From a virus (Duplodnaviria; Caudoviricetes), in IMG/VR virus record IMGVR_UViG_3300044961_000053, positions 1 through 54,215 of that record: 54,215 nucleotides of DNA; one strand, given 5' to 3'. Shown here one piece after another: positions 35,966 to 45,077 of this stretch. Made by a program: the position numbers and the translations under genes. Numbering within the stretch: position 1 is the first letter of the stretch; every line of letters begins with the position of its first letter. The notes beneath the pieces are model-generated. The model searched no databases. It was not told the origin of the DNA and saw only the letters and a program-made list of their open reading frames with translations.

Positions 35966-36373
35966 TTACTCACATTCTGGGCAAAATGCTGCTTCACTAT
36001 TCTCAACAGTCAGCCCAATGGCTTCCATTGATTCGTCATAATCGAATTCTAAATACCCAACTAACTCTGTACCTCTATAGATCTTACCTTGATAGCGCCC
36101 ATACGGCTGCTGAAATAAAAGGTCATCGATAGGAAAGCATAACGTCGCGTGATTTATAGAGTACTGAGAATACTTAATGATTGGGCTGACTATTTTGCCG
36201 CCCTCAGGAACGAACTTGTGTACAAATAAAGCTACTTCATCGCCGGCGCAAACTATGTTTTCACAAACTTGTGCAGGAGCATTTTGACTAGGCGGAGCAT
36301 TACGCATAGCAAGTGTAACGCACAACTGAGTTATACGTTTTGTTACTTTTGGAATTGTGAATCTACGAATCAC
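35966..36373 (-). CDS. Virion-module hypothetical protein (135 aa)
   Basis: TAACTATG coupling; Cys-rich C-terminus. Confidence 0.7.
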   Translation of the reverse strand: MIRRFTIPKVTKRITQLCVTLAMRNAPPSQNAPAQVCENIVCAGDEVALFVHKFVPEGGKIVSPIIKYSQYSINHATLCFPIDDLLFQQPYGRYQGKIYRGTELVGYLEFDYDESMEAIGLTVENSEAAFCPECE

Positions 36374-36963
36374 ACAAACCTCGGCGCAGTCATAGATAAA
36401 CCACGTTCGCTACCCTTCTTTAACTCTCTAGTACGCGCATTGTTAATTGCAGAACGGAACTCTCGTTCACGCATTACGGCCATATCAAGTGACGTAAATG
36501 CTTGGTCCGGAAGTTTGTGTATTTCAGCTAACGCACCAGCGGCTAAGTCTTTTGCATGAAGCTCATAGAGACTATCTTCAAGATAAAAGCAATCTTGATT
36601 TGGCACTACAACAAGTTCAACTTGCCCATGCTGACGTTTGCCAACACTACGAGAAAGATGGATGTGATGTGGCGGTCTAAACTCTATTTTTGGATTAATG
36701 CAATCCTTAGCAAAAGTAACTCCAACTACTCGGTCGATGTTATAGTTGTCTGTGGTATAGACGTTATAATCTAAAACATTTGGTTCTGCGTTAATTGTAG
36801 CTATGTCTCGAAGTATGCCAGTTTCTCTAGCAAACCTAATTGTAGCTTGTCGTACAAATTCAACGGCTAATTCTTCTGGCAATTGCGAAGCGAATGGTAT
36901 TACGTAAGGAAGAACGTCTACGTAAGTTCTAGTCGGCGTAGAGATATAAACGACAGATTGCAT
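36370..36963 (-). CDS. Head-tail adaptor-like protein
   Basis: A...VRQATIRF...T; IxxGAL-like motif; position in module. Confidence 0.65.
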   Translation of the reverse strand: MQSVVYISTPTRTYVDVLPYVIPFASQLPEELAVEFVRQATIRFARETGILRDIATINAEPNVLDYNVYTTDNYNIDRVVGVTFAKDCINPKIEFRPPHHIHLSRSVGKRQHGQVELVVVPNQDCFYLEDSLYELHAKDLAAGALAEIHKLPDQAFTSLDMAVMREREFRSAINNARTRELKKGSERGLSMTAPRFV

Positions 36964-36965
36964 AG

Positions 36966-37673
36966 TTAAACTCTAACCTTTGGATCGCCTTTTTGACCGG
37001 CATACCATCCACTATTCGCTTTAGCACGCTGCCTGTATTCAGCATCCATAAGCACAAGAAAATCTCGCATGTGGCCCCGCGCAAGTTCTTTCGATATGAC
37101 GGACTCGGTATTAAGTTCCTCAGCTCTCTTTAACATATAGCTTACAATAGGAGCTAAATACTTGAGTTCAAATACAACTGGCCGGTCCCAATCCGCAAGT
37201 GTCGTTTGAAGCGCAAGAGGACGATGGCGTATTTTAATACTAGGTGAAGCTCCAATAGGAACTGGCGGCCAGACAAAAAACACGTTGGGATCAGAGGTGT
37301 CAAACGACACGCTATTTACAACATACCCAAGCGGATTTCCATTACAGTCAAGTCGAACAGGAACAGGGCAGCATGAATCTTTCTTATATGACGATGCTAA
37401 AACTGCATCGGCGGTTCTTACCTGCCGACCGTCACCGCCATCAAGAATAGCGACAAAATCACCAAGTTCAGGAGGTAGCTGTTGCAATCTACCGGGGGCT
37501 AGTGTAAAAACAGAAACGACGCTAATCGCATCTGGACGAAGGCTCGCCAAAGCGGATATAGCGTCGTTATAGTAATTTACAAGAAGTTGTCTAGACCAGC
37601 GAGAGTATTCGTAACCCGGCTCTTGATCGTTAAGCTGCTCCGAAACGTACTTTACTAATTCGCGAAGGAGCAC
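36966..37673 (-). CDS. Head-tail adaptor-like protein (DUF6682-like)
   Basis: LNDQEPG..RWS...L..Y.N.A...RPDA, L.PG..Q.LP, FFVWPP. Confidence 0.7.
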   Translation of the reverse strand: MLLRELVKYVSEQLNDQEPGYEYSRWSRQLLVNYYNDAISALASLRPDAISVVSVFTLAPGRLQQLPPELGDFVAILDGGDGRQVRTADAVLASSYKKDSCCPVPVRLDCNGNPLGYVVNSVSFDTSDPNVFFVWPPVPIGASPSIKIRHRPLALQTTLADWDRPVVFELKYLAPIVSYMLKRAEELNTESVISKELARGHMRDFLVLMDAEYRQRAKANSGWYAGQKGDPKVRV

Positions 37674-37692
37674 GGCAGTTTTCCATAACTAT

Positions 37693-37887
37693 TTAAGAAG
37701 ATTCAAACAGCTTAGGCTTATTTAATTCTTGCGGTTTTTTGTCTACTGCAACATCAACTTTAGCAATATCCGACCCATCGTAAACAAACGCAATAACACC
37801 CGGTTTGTTAAGAAGGGCCGGAGTGGCTTGATAAATCAAGCCACTCGACAGTACTTTTACATACTGCACGCCTTTAACCAATTTCAT
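37693..37887 (-). CDS. Hypothetical protein (64 aa)
   Basis: TAATG coupling. Confidence 0.65.
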   Translation of the reverse strand: MKLVKGVQYVKVLSSGLIYQATPALLNKPGVIAFVYDGSDIAKVDVAVDKKPQELNKPKLFESS

Positions 37888-38486
37888 TACGGCCCACCTG
37901 CAAGCGGCGAAATAATGATTGGAGAGATTAAAACTCTCGTATTGGTAGTAAAGGTTCCAGCAATAGGGTTATTGCCAGGAGTGCTATAAACAACTAGATC
38001 TAAAAGGTCCGATTGTTCAAAATACCGTGGGCAACATCCTTCTGCGGTATACTCAATTTGAGACCCATACACATCGCCAACAACTTCTCCATCTGCATTA
38101 AGAACAAACGAATTTACGACATCCATATGGTACACATTGGATGGAAAACCGGCACCGTTACGTAAATCAAGTAGAAAAGTAACACCCGGCGCAACACCCA
38201 CTACGTCAACGTGAATCGCAAGCAACAAAGTTTTAGCTGGAATGATGACAAGGCCAAGTCTATCACCAGTTGCTACAGTATGCCCATCAAAATACTGGAG
38301 ATGACTAGGCCCTCCTTCTCGCTTCTTATCGAAATGAAGGTCTCTCGTCAAGCTAAACGTTGCACCGCCACGGTGTCCAGCGGGAGCAGATTTAACAGCG
38401 TTGCTAAAAGTCGGTTTGGGAAACATACTCCCAACCGGATTCGATGTATTAGCAGGCCCGCCAATGTAAAGCTCGTGAATTGCCAT
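37887..38486 (-). CDS. Putative capsid decoration / minor capsid protein
   Basis: AGGAG SD before the ATG at 38486, immediately after the capsid gene. Confidence 0.65.
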   Translation of the reverse strand: MAIHELYIGGPANTSNPVGSMFPKPTFSNAVKSAPAGHRGGATFSLTRDLHFDKKREGGPSHLQYFDGHTVATGDRLGLVIIPAKTLLLAIHVDVVGVAPGVTFLLDLRNGAGFPSNVYHMDVVNSFVLNADGEVVGDVYGSQIEYTAEGCCPRYFEQSDLLDLVVYSTPGNNPIAGTFTTNTRVLISPIIISPLAGGP

Positions 38487-38500
38487 GATGTGTTCTCCTA

Positions 38501-39427
38501 TTAAGCAGCGTAGACGTAACCAACGGCTAAACGCTCTGGATAGAGAACCTTCGTACCCCACAGAGCTAAACCTTGGAACAACGTACCAAAGTAATCCGAA
38601 CTGGTTTCATCACGAGTTTTATCAAGCTGAGCAGTAAAACCAGTAGCGGATTTCGATCCGGCAATAATCCACCAAGCCTGCTGGTTCACACCGGCATCAA
38701 TCACACTCGGAACATGGTTAGAAACATACACGTCAAACCCGGCAACTTTCGGAGGCGTGTGACCTTCGATAAGCGGCGACCACGTAGTACAGGTCGTAAA
38801 GCAGTTTGACAGTTCCGAAGTCATCAAGATAAGTTCAATACGTGGCGGAACGATAACAAACAAGTCATCTTCCGGAACGCAGGCTTCCTTAAGAACCATT
38901 TTCATCGAAAGCAAGAATGCTAAAACATTCTCACTATCAAGCGGAAATGGGTTGCCGGTTTCGCCAAGATTGTAAGACTGCGTTTCGGCACCAGCGTTAG
39001 CACCCTGATTTTCAGGAGCAACTTCGACAAACTGAGTGCCCATCACTTGCTTGTCGATTGTGACGCCGATCTTGTAAGCTGCACGACGGAAGATAGCATC
39101 CGTAAGCTGCGCAGAATTACAAATCTGCTTCATGTCCACATCATCGATTTTGACCGAGAAGTAGTAGCTCTGGTCAATGTTCATAACAACAGTGGACGTA
39201 TCCGGAGTAGTATGCTCAAGTTTTTGATTTTTGACATACGGACGGATTTCGACATCAGGCTCTTTACGGAAAATAGCTTGAGTACCACAGCTACTCAGTT
39301 CCGCACGAGTTTCTGAAATGTTAGGGTAGATCGTAGCACAATAGGTCAAGTCGAGAAACTTATCGACATAGACCGGATCGGTAAAAACATTAGTAAGTTG
39401 TGGATAACCACTGGCAGCGGGAATCAT
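38501..39427 (-). CDS. Major capsid protein (P22-coat-like HK97 fold)
   Basis: IDQSYYF...DDVD..Q, GFDVYVSN, GLALWGTKV; follows the scaffold gene. Confidence 0.88.
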   Translation of the reverse strand: MIPAASGYPQLTNVFTDPVYVDKFLDLTYCATIYPNISETRAELSSCGTQAIFRKEPDVEIRPYVKNQKLEHTTPDTSTVVMNIDQSYYFSVKIDDVDMKQICNSAQLTDAIFRRAAYKIGVTIDKQVMGTQFVEVAPENQGANAGAETQSYNLGETGNPFPLDSENVLAFLLSMKMVLKEACVPEDDLFVIVPPRIELILMTSELSNCFTTCTTWSPLIEGHTPPKVAGFDVYVSNHVPSVIDAGVNQQAWWIIAGSKSATGFTAQLDKTRDETSSDYFGTLFQGLALWGTKVLYPERLAVGYVYAA

Positions 39428-39438
39428 AGATAGGCTCC

Positions 39439-40404
39439 TTATTTACCTCGAATAATGCGGCCTTCTCTGACCGCTTCTTCTAACATTGAACGACGTTTTT
39501 TGTAAGTGGCGATGTCAATTTTACCAGTTCTAAAATCTTCACTTAACTTTCTACTGTCCGACTCTTTGAACACCGGCTTCCGCCCCTGAGTCGGACGAGT
39601 AGGGGCCGTAACTTGAGGATTTGCAGCAATCGTACTCGGCGCGCGCATAGATGCAGCAGCGTCTGGAGTATCCGCAGAATAGCCTTCAAAAATGCTCACA
39701 ACCGCTTCAAGATCGCGATTTTCGTGAGCAAGGTCAAAAATTTGCTTGCGAGTTAAGCCAGTACCGGGAACACGCTCGCTAAGGTATCTAATAAACCCCG
39801 GATCGCGAGTAAGCGTTCTAGCGTTTGCAACCTTTAACTGGACGGCATTTACAAACGAAGCAAGATCGTTTTTATTAGTTGTAGCAGTAATGTCGTCAAG
39901 TTTAGCATCTAAATTTGATTTAAACTCTTTTAAATGTCGCTTAACGATTTTCTCAATGACAGGCAGTGAATCTCCGTAGATTTCTTTTTCTTTATCAGAA
40001 AGCTGAATTTCTCTATCGTCAATTTCAACTGATTTTGAAACCTTAGATTGAGAAGCAACAGCGCTTAACCTATCAATCTTTTCGTTTAATTCAAGAACCA
40101 GATCGGTTAACTCACGATTTCGCTTGCGCTGATCTTCAAGCTCAGCAACATAGTCAGGAATGCGAGCAGGAGCCGCCGCTTCCGAAACCGGAGCAGGCGC
40201 CACTGCAAGAGGCGCAGCGGCAGGCGCAGTCGAAGTCTCAGTAATAGATTCCGCAGCCGCCCACGGATCGTCGTCAGGCATCTCGACAGTCGGAGTTTCA
40301 GCCAGTGGCGCAGTCGCACCATCGTCCACAGCCGCAGCAGGCTTCTCGGGATTCATCGCCGGAAGCGTTCGCATATTTCTGATTGATGCTGGTTTACCTG
40401 CCAT
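39439..40404 (-). CDS. Scaffolding protein
   Basis: Acidic Pro/Ala-rich N-terminus, coiled coil, C-terminal AVREGRI; directly upstream of capsid. Confidence 0.75.
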   Translation of the reverse strand: MAGKPASIRNMRTLPAMNPEKPAAAVDDGATAPLAETPTVEMPDDDPWAAAESITETSTAPAAAPLAVAPAPVSEAAAPARIPDYVAELEDQRKRNRELTDLVLELNEKIDRLSAVASQSKVSKSVEIDDREIQLSDKEKEIYGDSLPVIEKIVKRHLKEFKSNLDAKLDDITATTNKNDLASFVNAVQLKVANARTLTRDPGFIRYLSERVPGTGLTRKQIFDLAHENRDLEAVVSIFEGYSADTPDAAASMRAPSTIAANPQVTAPTRPTQGRKPVFKESDSRKLSEDFRTGKIDIATYKKRRSMLEEAVREGRIIRGK

Positions 40405-40588
40405 TTGTCAACTCTTGTTTAATTTCATCAATTAATTGCGCTTTGCCTTGCAACAACTTTATATTCGCTTCGCCAGCGTATTTCCAACTAATTAACTTAC
40501 TTTCTTTTTCAGCTAAGTAGTCTAAAAATACTTTAAGATTAGGCGCGCGTCGTAATTCGGCAATGAGTTGTTGCTCTTTTTCAGTCAT
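40394..40588 (-). CDS. Small helical head-assembly protein (64 aa)
   Basis: ATGA coupling, GAGG SD; LQGKAQ motif. Confidence 0.65.
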   Translation of the reverse strand: MTEKEQQLIAELRRAPNLKVFLDYLAEKESKLISWKYAGEANIKLLQGKAQLIDEIKQELTNGR

Positions 40589-40743
40589 CCTCTGCGTTTG
40601 CCACAAGTTTTACAACCGCCAGATTTCATATTAGACGCTTTTGACTGCGCAGCAGTATGGCTAAACAGACTACGATGCGTAGACTTAGAATGGTCCGCAG
40701 TCATACCCGATTTAGACGCTTTTCTTTTATCAGAGTATTTCAT
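40585..40743 (-). CDS. Small basic protein with C-terminal CxxC (52 aa; below the ORF-track cutoff)
   Basis: MKYSDKRKASKSG...GGCKTCGKRRG; fills the gap exactly, with ATGA overlap. Confidence 0.65.
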   Translation of the reverse strand: MKYSDKRKASKSGMTADHSKSTHRSLFSHTAAQSKASNMKSGGCKTCGKRRG

Positions 40744-40745
40744 AT

Positions 40746-41162
40746 TTAAGTCCCATAGTTGTTTGTAGGTTTACTTGTTCGTAATAAATCCGATGGGTAA
40801 GCATCTACATAAACTTCGCCTATTCGGCCCGTCAAGCGGGCTCTGTAGCGCCCGCTGACAGAAAGGATATGAGAGGGCCTAGTCGGTGTCAAGACAATCG
40901 CACTGCCATCAGGATGGACGGCAGGCGCATACATAGTACCCGACCCAACTCCAGCGACCATTTCAATAGTTACATACTCACCTGAGGTCAAATTAAAAGC
41001 TCGAATTGAGTACGGTTTGTTAACAACAGCAAATACTGCTGAAACATCGGTCAAGTTATCCGGACCAAACAAAATCCGAGAATCGCCATTTAAAATCTCG
41101 CCCGGCAACGCTAATGAATTGTCAGGTAAACTTTGCACAAATTGCCCCACTATATTAGCCAT
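40746..41162 (-). CDS. Virion protein, paralog of the N-terminal domain of the two Ig-like proteins
   Basis: P..I.AF.L...EY......G..SG and L..SGRYR.R shared with 43460-45076. Confidence 0.7.
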   Translation of the reverse strand: MANIVGQFVQSLPDNSLALPGEILNGDSRILFGPDNLTDVSAVFAVVNKPYSIRAFNLTSGEYVTIEMVAGVGSGTMYAPAVHPDGSAIVLTPTRPSHILSVSGRYRARLTGRIGEVYVDAYPSDLLRTSKPTNNYGT

Positions 41163-41434
41163 TACCATTTAACCTTGTCAGCCCAATAGGCAGCAGACAA
41201 CCTACCTTTTTTAATATTTCTAGCGTGCCGAGCTTTAAAAGCCTCGCGTCTTTTTCTATAAGAATCAGACTCTCCATCTTTCTTAGGAGAGCCCTTTACG
41301 CCTTGCTGTCCAAAACGAATTAACTTCACTTCGTCGCCAACTTTTGCAAGTACGGCGTGCGACTTAGTTGGGTGCCGTGGCGTTCTTTTCGGTTTGTTAT
41401 AACCAGAAAAAGTTTCATTTCCGCGCTTAATCAT
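41162..41434 (-). CDS. Small basic conserved phage protein (SAAYWA family)
   Basis: KLIRFGQQG...RREAFKARH...SAAYWADKVKW. Confidence 0.8.
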   Translation of the reverse strand: MIKRGNETFSGYNKPKRTPRHPTKSHAVLAKVGDEVKLIRFGQQGVKGSPKKDGESDSYRKRREAFKARHARNIKKGRLSAAYWADKVKW

Positions 41435-41435
41435 A

Positions 41436-41693
41436 CTATTCAACTAAAATGTCTAAGATTCTACGCCATTTAGGAGCTAACGGTCTGACATCTTCTTGAT
41501 TTGTATTAACTCGCGCTCTAGCGGCACTAACCTCATTTGGAGTAAAAAGAAGCGGAACCATATTACCCGAAACTTCTCTAAGGTACGCTCTAATTAAACA
41601 GGTGCTAGCAAAAACTGCTGGCTGTTTAGAATCGGGGTTAGGAATAAACTCGTTTTTAGTAGTATCTCTAATATCAATAACACTGCGAGTCAT
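41436..41693 (-). CDS. Hypothetical protein (85 aa)
   Basis: AGGAG SD before the ATG at 41693. Confidence 0.7.
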   Translation of the reverse strand: MTRSVIDIRDTTKNEFIPNPDSKQPAVFASTCLIRAYLREVSGNMVPLLFTPNEVSAARARVNTNQEDVRPLAPKWRRILDILVE

Positions 41694-41725
41694 AAAACAA
41701 CTCCTAATATTATGTCTGTAGAACA

Positions 41726-42398
41726 CTAGCTGCAATTTGCATGTGTTAAACGCAATATACCTTCCAGTTGCGCCACGAAATCCATGCTGATGGGACGATC
41801 ATCCGACCACCAGTTAAAGCCGTCGGACCAAACAGGCACCACTGATGAGCCGCCAATCGAGACCTGTTGTAAAAACCCCGCTTGCGATGAATCGACGACA
41901 ATATATCTCGCTCCTATACCAGCCAATGACGCCGGCGGCAGTGGGTCACCGTTATCCCGACCTTCCGGCCTTCCTCCACGGTCTGGGCTGCAACCGCCAG
42001 CGGCGCCAGTACGCCCTCGCAAGTCGGGCAGCCGCGCTTCTTCGATTCGCTCAATTTGTTCATGGCTTCTGCGAGCATGGATTCCCGGCTCACGGCACAC
42101 CCCCGAGCATCGCAGCGACCGACGCCAGCGCCGCAGCGTCCGCGTAGGACCAACGTGCAAACGGTTGTTGACCGCCTGCCGGATCGTCTTTCCAACCTCT
42201 CGCGCCGCTGCTGTCCGTGCCGTAGACCTTGTTCGGCCCGGGACTGGCCGTGTCGCCGGCGAGCGAGAGCGTGCGGTTGGCGCTCAGGTCGCCACCACCG
42301 GTCAGACTGTGTTGCGTCGCAACTTCACGTGACGCAGGAACATCCCCACCTCCACCACCAGCAGGTTCATACATTACATTGTTTTGAGTAATAGTCAT
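41726..42398 (-). pseudogene. Fibre-like gene apparently split by a ~190-bp out-of-frame insertion
   Basis: 5' part (LTGGGDLSANRTL) and 3' part (LPPA..AG.GAR...VPVWSDG.NW) are both tail-fibre-type motifs but lie in different frames. Confidence 0.55.
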
Positions 42399-42748
42399 CA
42401 CTTACTCTCGACAGAGGTTCCTATAACAACGCCTGCTGCATCAGACGAACTCCAGCCACTACCAACTTTCGCTCGAACCTGCCACTCTCCACCTAAATAA
42501 ATAGTAGCAGCAAAACCGTTTGCCGTTTGCGTATGTACAGTAGACCACTCATCGTCTGGAGACGGCCAAGGAGTTTTATCGAAATTAAAATATGGTCTAA
42601 TCTGTAGTTCTACTGGAGCCGGAAGCGGATCGTATTCAACATCATACAATCCAGCAGCAAACATAGTAGCTTTACCGTTAACAAGTCTAACGGCTGGAGT
42701 AGCTGGAGCGCTCGAAGAAAGCACAAAGTAAACTTCATTACTGCTCAT
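42398..42748 (-). CDS. Beta-rich hypothetical virion-module protein (116 aa)
   Basis: GGAG SD, TAATG coupling. Confidence 0.7.
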   Translation of the reverse strand: MSSNEVYFVLSSSAPATPAVRLVNGKATMFAAGLYDVEYDPLPAPVELQIRPYFNFDKTPWPSPDDEWSTVHTQTANGFAATIYLGGEWQVRAKVGSGWSSSDAAGVVIGTSVESK

Positions 42749-43332
42749 TATAGCTCTCCAATAAACGCACTGAACTTTTGTTTATTCATCCAACGCATCC
42801 ACGAAGCTCTTGTAGCATTTCGTCCGTGAATAACTCGATGTAATAAAAACTCCGGACTTATAGTACCCTTATGGTTTTTAGCTAGTGCAAGCCATAAAAG
42901 CGCATCTTCAACAACTCTACATCGTTCCAATAATCCGTAGTATTTTTCTACTACACTACGTTTAATTAATTTAAAACCTTGGAAGTAATAAAGCCGCTTT
43001 TTAGCTACATTAAAATCAGTCGAAGATGGTATTACACCGGCTTTGGTGTCACCCTCTATTGAATAGCCAGAAATTATAAAATCGTTGTCTTTTATTCTGT
43101 CTAATTGAGTATCAACGGCGCCGGGTAAAAGATAGTCGTCGTCATCAATAAAACTGACATACTCTCCATCGCCCTGCTTAAAACCTTCTACACGCAATTG
43201 CCCGAAGTGCGGGTCAGAGTTACCGATGACTTCGTGAATTCTAACTTTTGGATGCGCTAGAGATTGAGCACAGCGTTCAAACCACTCAGGTTTAGCTAAA
43301 GAATGGTACCGAATGACGTGTATATCGATCAT
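42748..43332 (-). CDS. Glycosyltransferase, family 2 (GT-A fold)
   Basis: R..G.....GEYVSFIDDDDYLLP (DxD), EDALLW, H..N motifs. Confidence 0.85.
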   Translation of the reverse strand: MIDIHVIRYHSLAKPEWFERCAQSLAHPKVRIHEVIGNSDPHFGQLRVEGFKQGDGEYVSFIDDDDYLLPGAVDTQLDRIKDNDFIISGYSIEGDTKAGVIPSSTDFNVAKKRLYYFQGFKLIKRSVVEKYYGLLERCRVVEDALLWLALAKNHKGTISPEFLLHRVIHGRNATRASWMRWMNKQKFSAFIGEL

Positions 43333-43463
43333 AATCTACCTGAATAAAAGCCAAGTAGAAACGCTATAGAAATGGAAAGTCCTATACGCCATCCTATACA
43401 AACAGAACAATCTGTTCCTAAAGTAAACAGATTAAAGAGAAACACACCTATCTTCTCGATCAT
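43329..43463 (-). CDS. Small membrane protein with CxxC (44 aa; below the ORF-track cutoff)
   Basis: MIEKIGVFLFNLFTLGTDCSVCIGWRIGLSISIAFLLGFYSGRL; ATGA overlaps at both ends. Confidence 0.7.
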   Translation of the reverse strand: MIEKIGVFLFNLFTLGTDCSVCIGWRIGLSISIAFLLGFYSGRL

Positions 43464-45076
43464 GGCGGAGGTCCGGACGGTAAAATTTCACCTTCAAAAA
43501 GCACTGTATTATTGCCAATATTCGGTTCAGAAATTCCACTAACAGTAAATATATGAGAAAACAGCCCCGGCTCAATAGGCGTAAACCACATTCTAACGAA
43601 TATAAATCCACCGGGAGGTACGTTTTCAACAGTATAGCAATCGTTAAACTCAGCTTCGGTTAAAACAATATCCGGGCCTTCTTCCCAACTCTTTCCTATA
43701 ATATACATGCCTTCTCCAAACGGAAATTCTTGAAATTCCGGTCTAGGAATCGGCATACAAATAGTAACTTCATTTGCAACTGAAACGCCATTATTTCTGG
43801 CGATGACATCAACCCAACTATCAACACCAGAAACAAAAGTGTAGCTTTGTTCAACTATCTCAATACTTAAATCTTCGGTATCAACAGAAACGTGTAAAGT
43901 AGCTGAATCAAATGACTGCCCTTCATTAATATACAAAGGTAGTAAATCAACGAAGGTGGTGTTAGTATAAGTGCCAGGTTCCCAAGGGTACACTTGATAA
44001 CTAAAAGTTACCTGACCTCCAGCAGGTATGCCACAATAAAACCCCGCTACTAATTGTGTTGAAGTCACAGAAGCGGGACCAAAAGCGCCGCCAGTGTACG
44101 AAATTAAAATAGGCTCAGAAGTTGAATAATTACCCGCTAAGTTATCTCTAACCAAAGCGTCTACAGCATCTTCTGGACCGGCGTTAGATATAGTAACAGT
44201 AAAAGAAGAGATTTGACCATAAACGATGCTGCTTGGAGTGGCGACTTTATTCACTGTAAGGTTTACAGTTGGTGTGCAATCCACATTGCATAGGTATCTA
44301 GCTATATCACTAGCCGGAATAGAGACTATACAATTAAACTCATTTAAAGCAAGTAATCGTAGAGGGAACCTATCAGGCGAGGGTTGTATAGTACTTCCAA
44401 AATTACAAGGGTCTAAAAGCGAGCTTAAATTAACATAAAGCCCGTCAGGTCTAACCTGAATTAAATTACCTTCGTAAGGAGAAACTAAAACGTCCGAAGA
44501 AAGAATTCGTATACCAGCAATTTCTGTTACAGTATGGTCGATAGTGGTAGTATCTGCTACATCAATCGCAAAAGTATTAGCTATGTGCCATGTAATATCG
44601 TTTAACTGCCGAACTTCAATACCTCTACCTGCCACAATTTCAAACGGCGGTGGACGAAGGCACTCACAAAGCCTACGCAGTCCATTAGATAAAACTTCAT
44701 TAGCCCACTCATGGGTCATACTAAACTGCCACCAAAAGCAGTGCATGAACCCGTGAGAGCCTACAAAACGCAGTCTATATCTGCCTGACTTATGAAGAAC
44801 TATCTCATTTTGATCTTGAGTAAGCGTAAGTTCACCGTCAAATGGCTTATACGCCTCGAAATTATCACCTGAAAGTTCTCCAACAAGTTGAAGAACTTCA
44901 ATGTACTCATTTTCTCGCAGACCAAACGCGACTACTTTTACCGGTTCTCTGTCTACGTTTATATTTGCAGACATGAAACTGGTTGACGTTGGAGAGAACG
45001 CCATAGAAAAAGGTTGGCGCTCTCGCCCGGCAGCCCACGGCGTAGGTATCGGATGCGTTGATTTCTTGTTTGCCAT
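43460..45076 (-). CDS. Virion surface protein with DUF11/Ig-like domains (538 aa)
   Basis: LTVNKVA...FTVTISNAGPEDA...V.D.L; EPNIGNN. Confidence 0.75.
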   Translation of the reverse strand: MANKKSTHPIPTPWAAGRERQPFSMAFSPTSTSFMSANINVDREPVKVVAFGLRENEYIEVLQLVGELSGDNFEAYKPFDGELTLTQDQNEIVLHKSGRYRLRFVGSHGFMHCFWWQFSMTHEWANEVLSNGLRRLCECLRPPPFEIVAGRGIEVRQLNDITWHIANTFAIDVADTTTIDHTVTEIAGIRILSSDVLVSPYEGNLIQVRPDGLYVNLSSLLDPCNFGSTIQPSPDRFPLRLLALNEFNCIVSIPASDIARYLCNVDCTPTVNLTVNKVATPSSIVYGQISSFTVTISNAGPEDAVDALVRDNLAGNYSTSEPILISYTGGAFGPASVTSTQLVAGFYCGIPAGGQVTFSYQVYPWEPGTYTNTTFVDLLPLYINEGQSFDSATLHVSVDTEDLSIEIVEQSYTFVSGVDSWVDVIARNNGVSVANEVTICMPIPRPEFQEFPFGEGMYIIGKSWEEGPDIVLTEAEFNDCYTVENVPPGGFIFVRMWFTPIEPGLFSHIFTVSGISEPNIGNNTVLFEGEILPSGPPP

Positions 45077-45077
45077 A

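Noticed and set aside
38486-38561. Programmed frameshift extending the capsid protein
   Set aside because: No slippery heptamer seen, and the downstream gene has its own AGGAG SD
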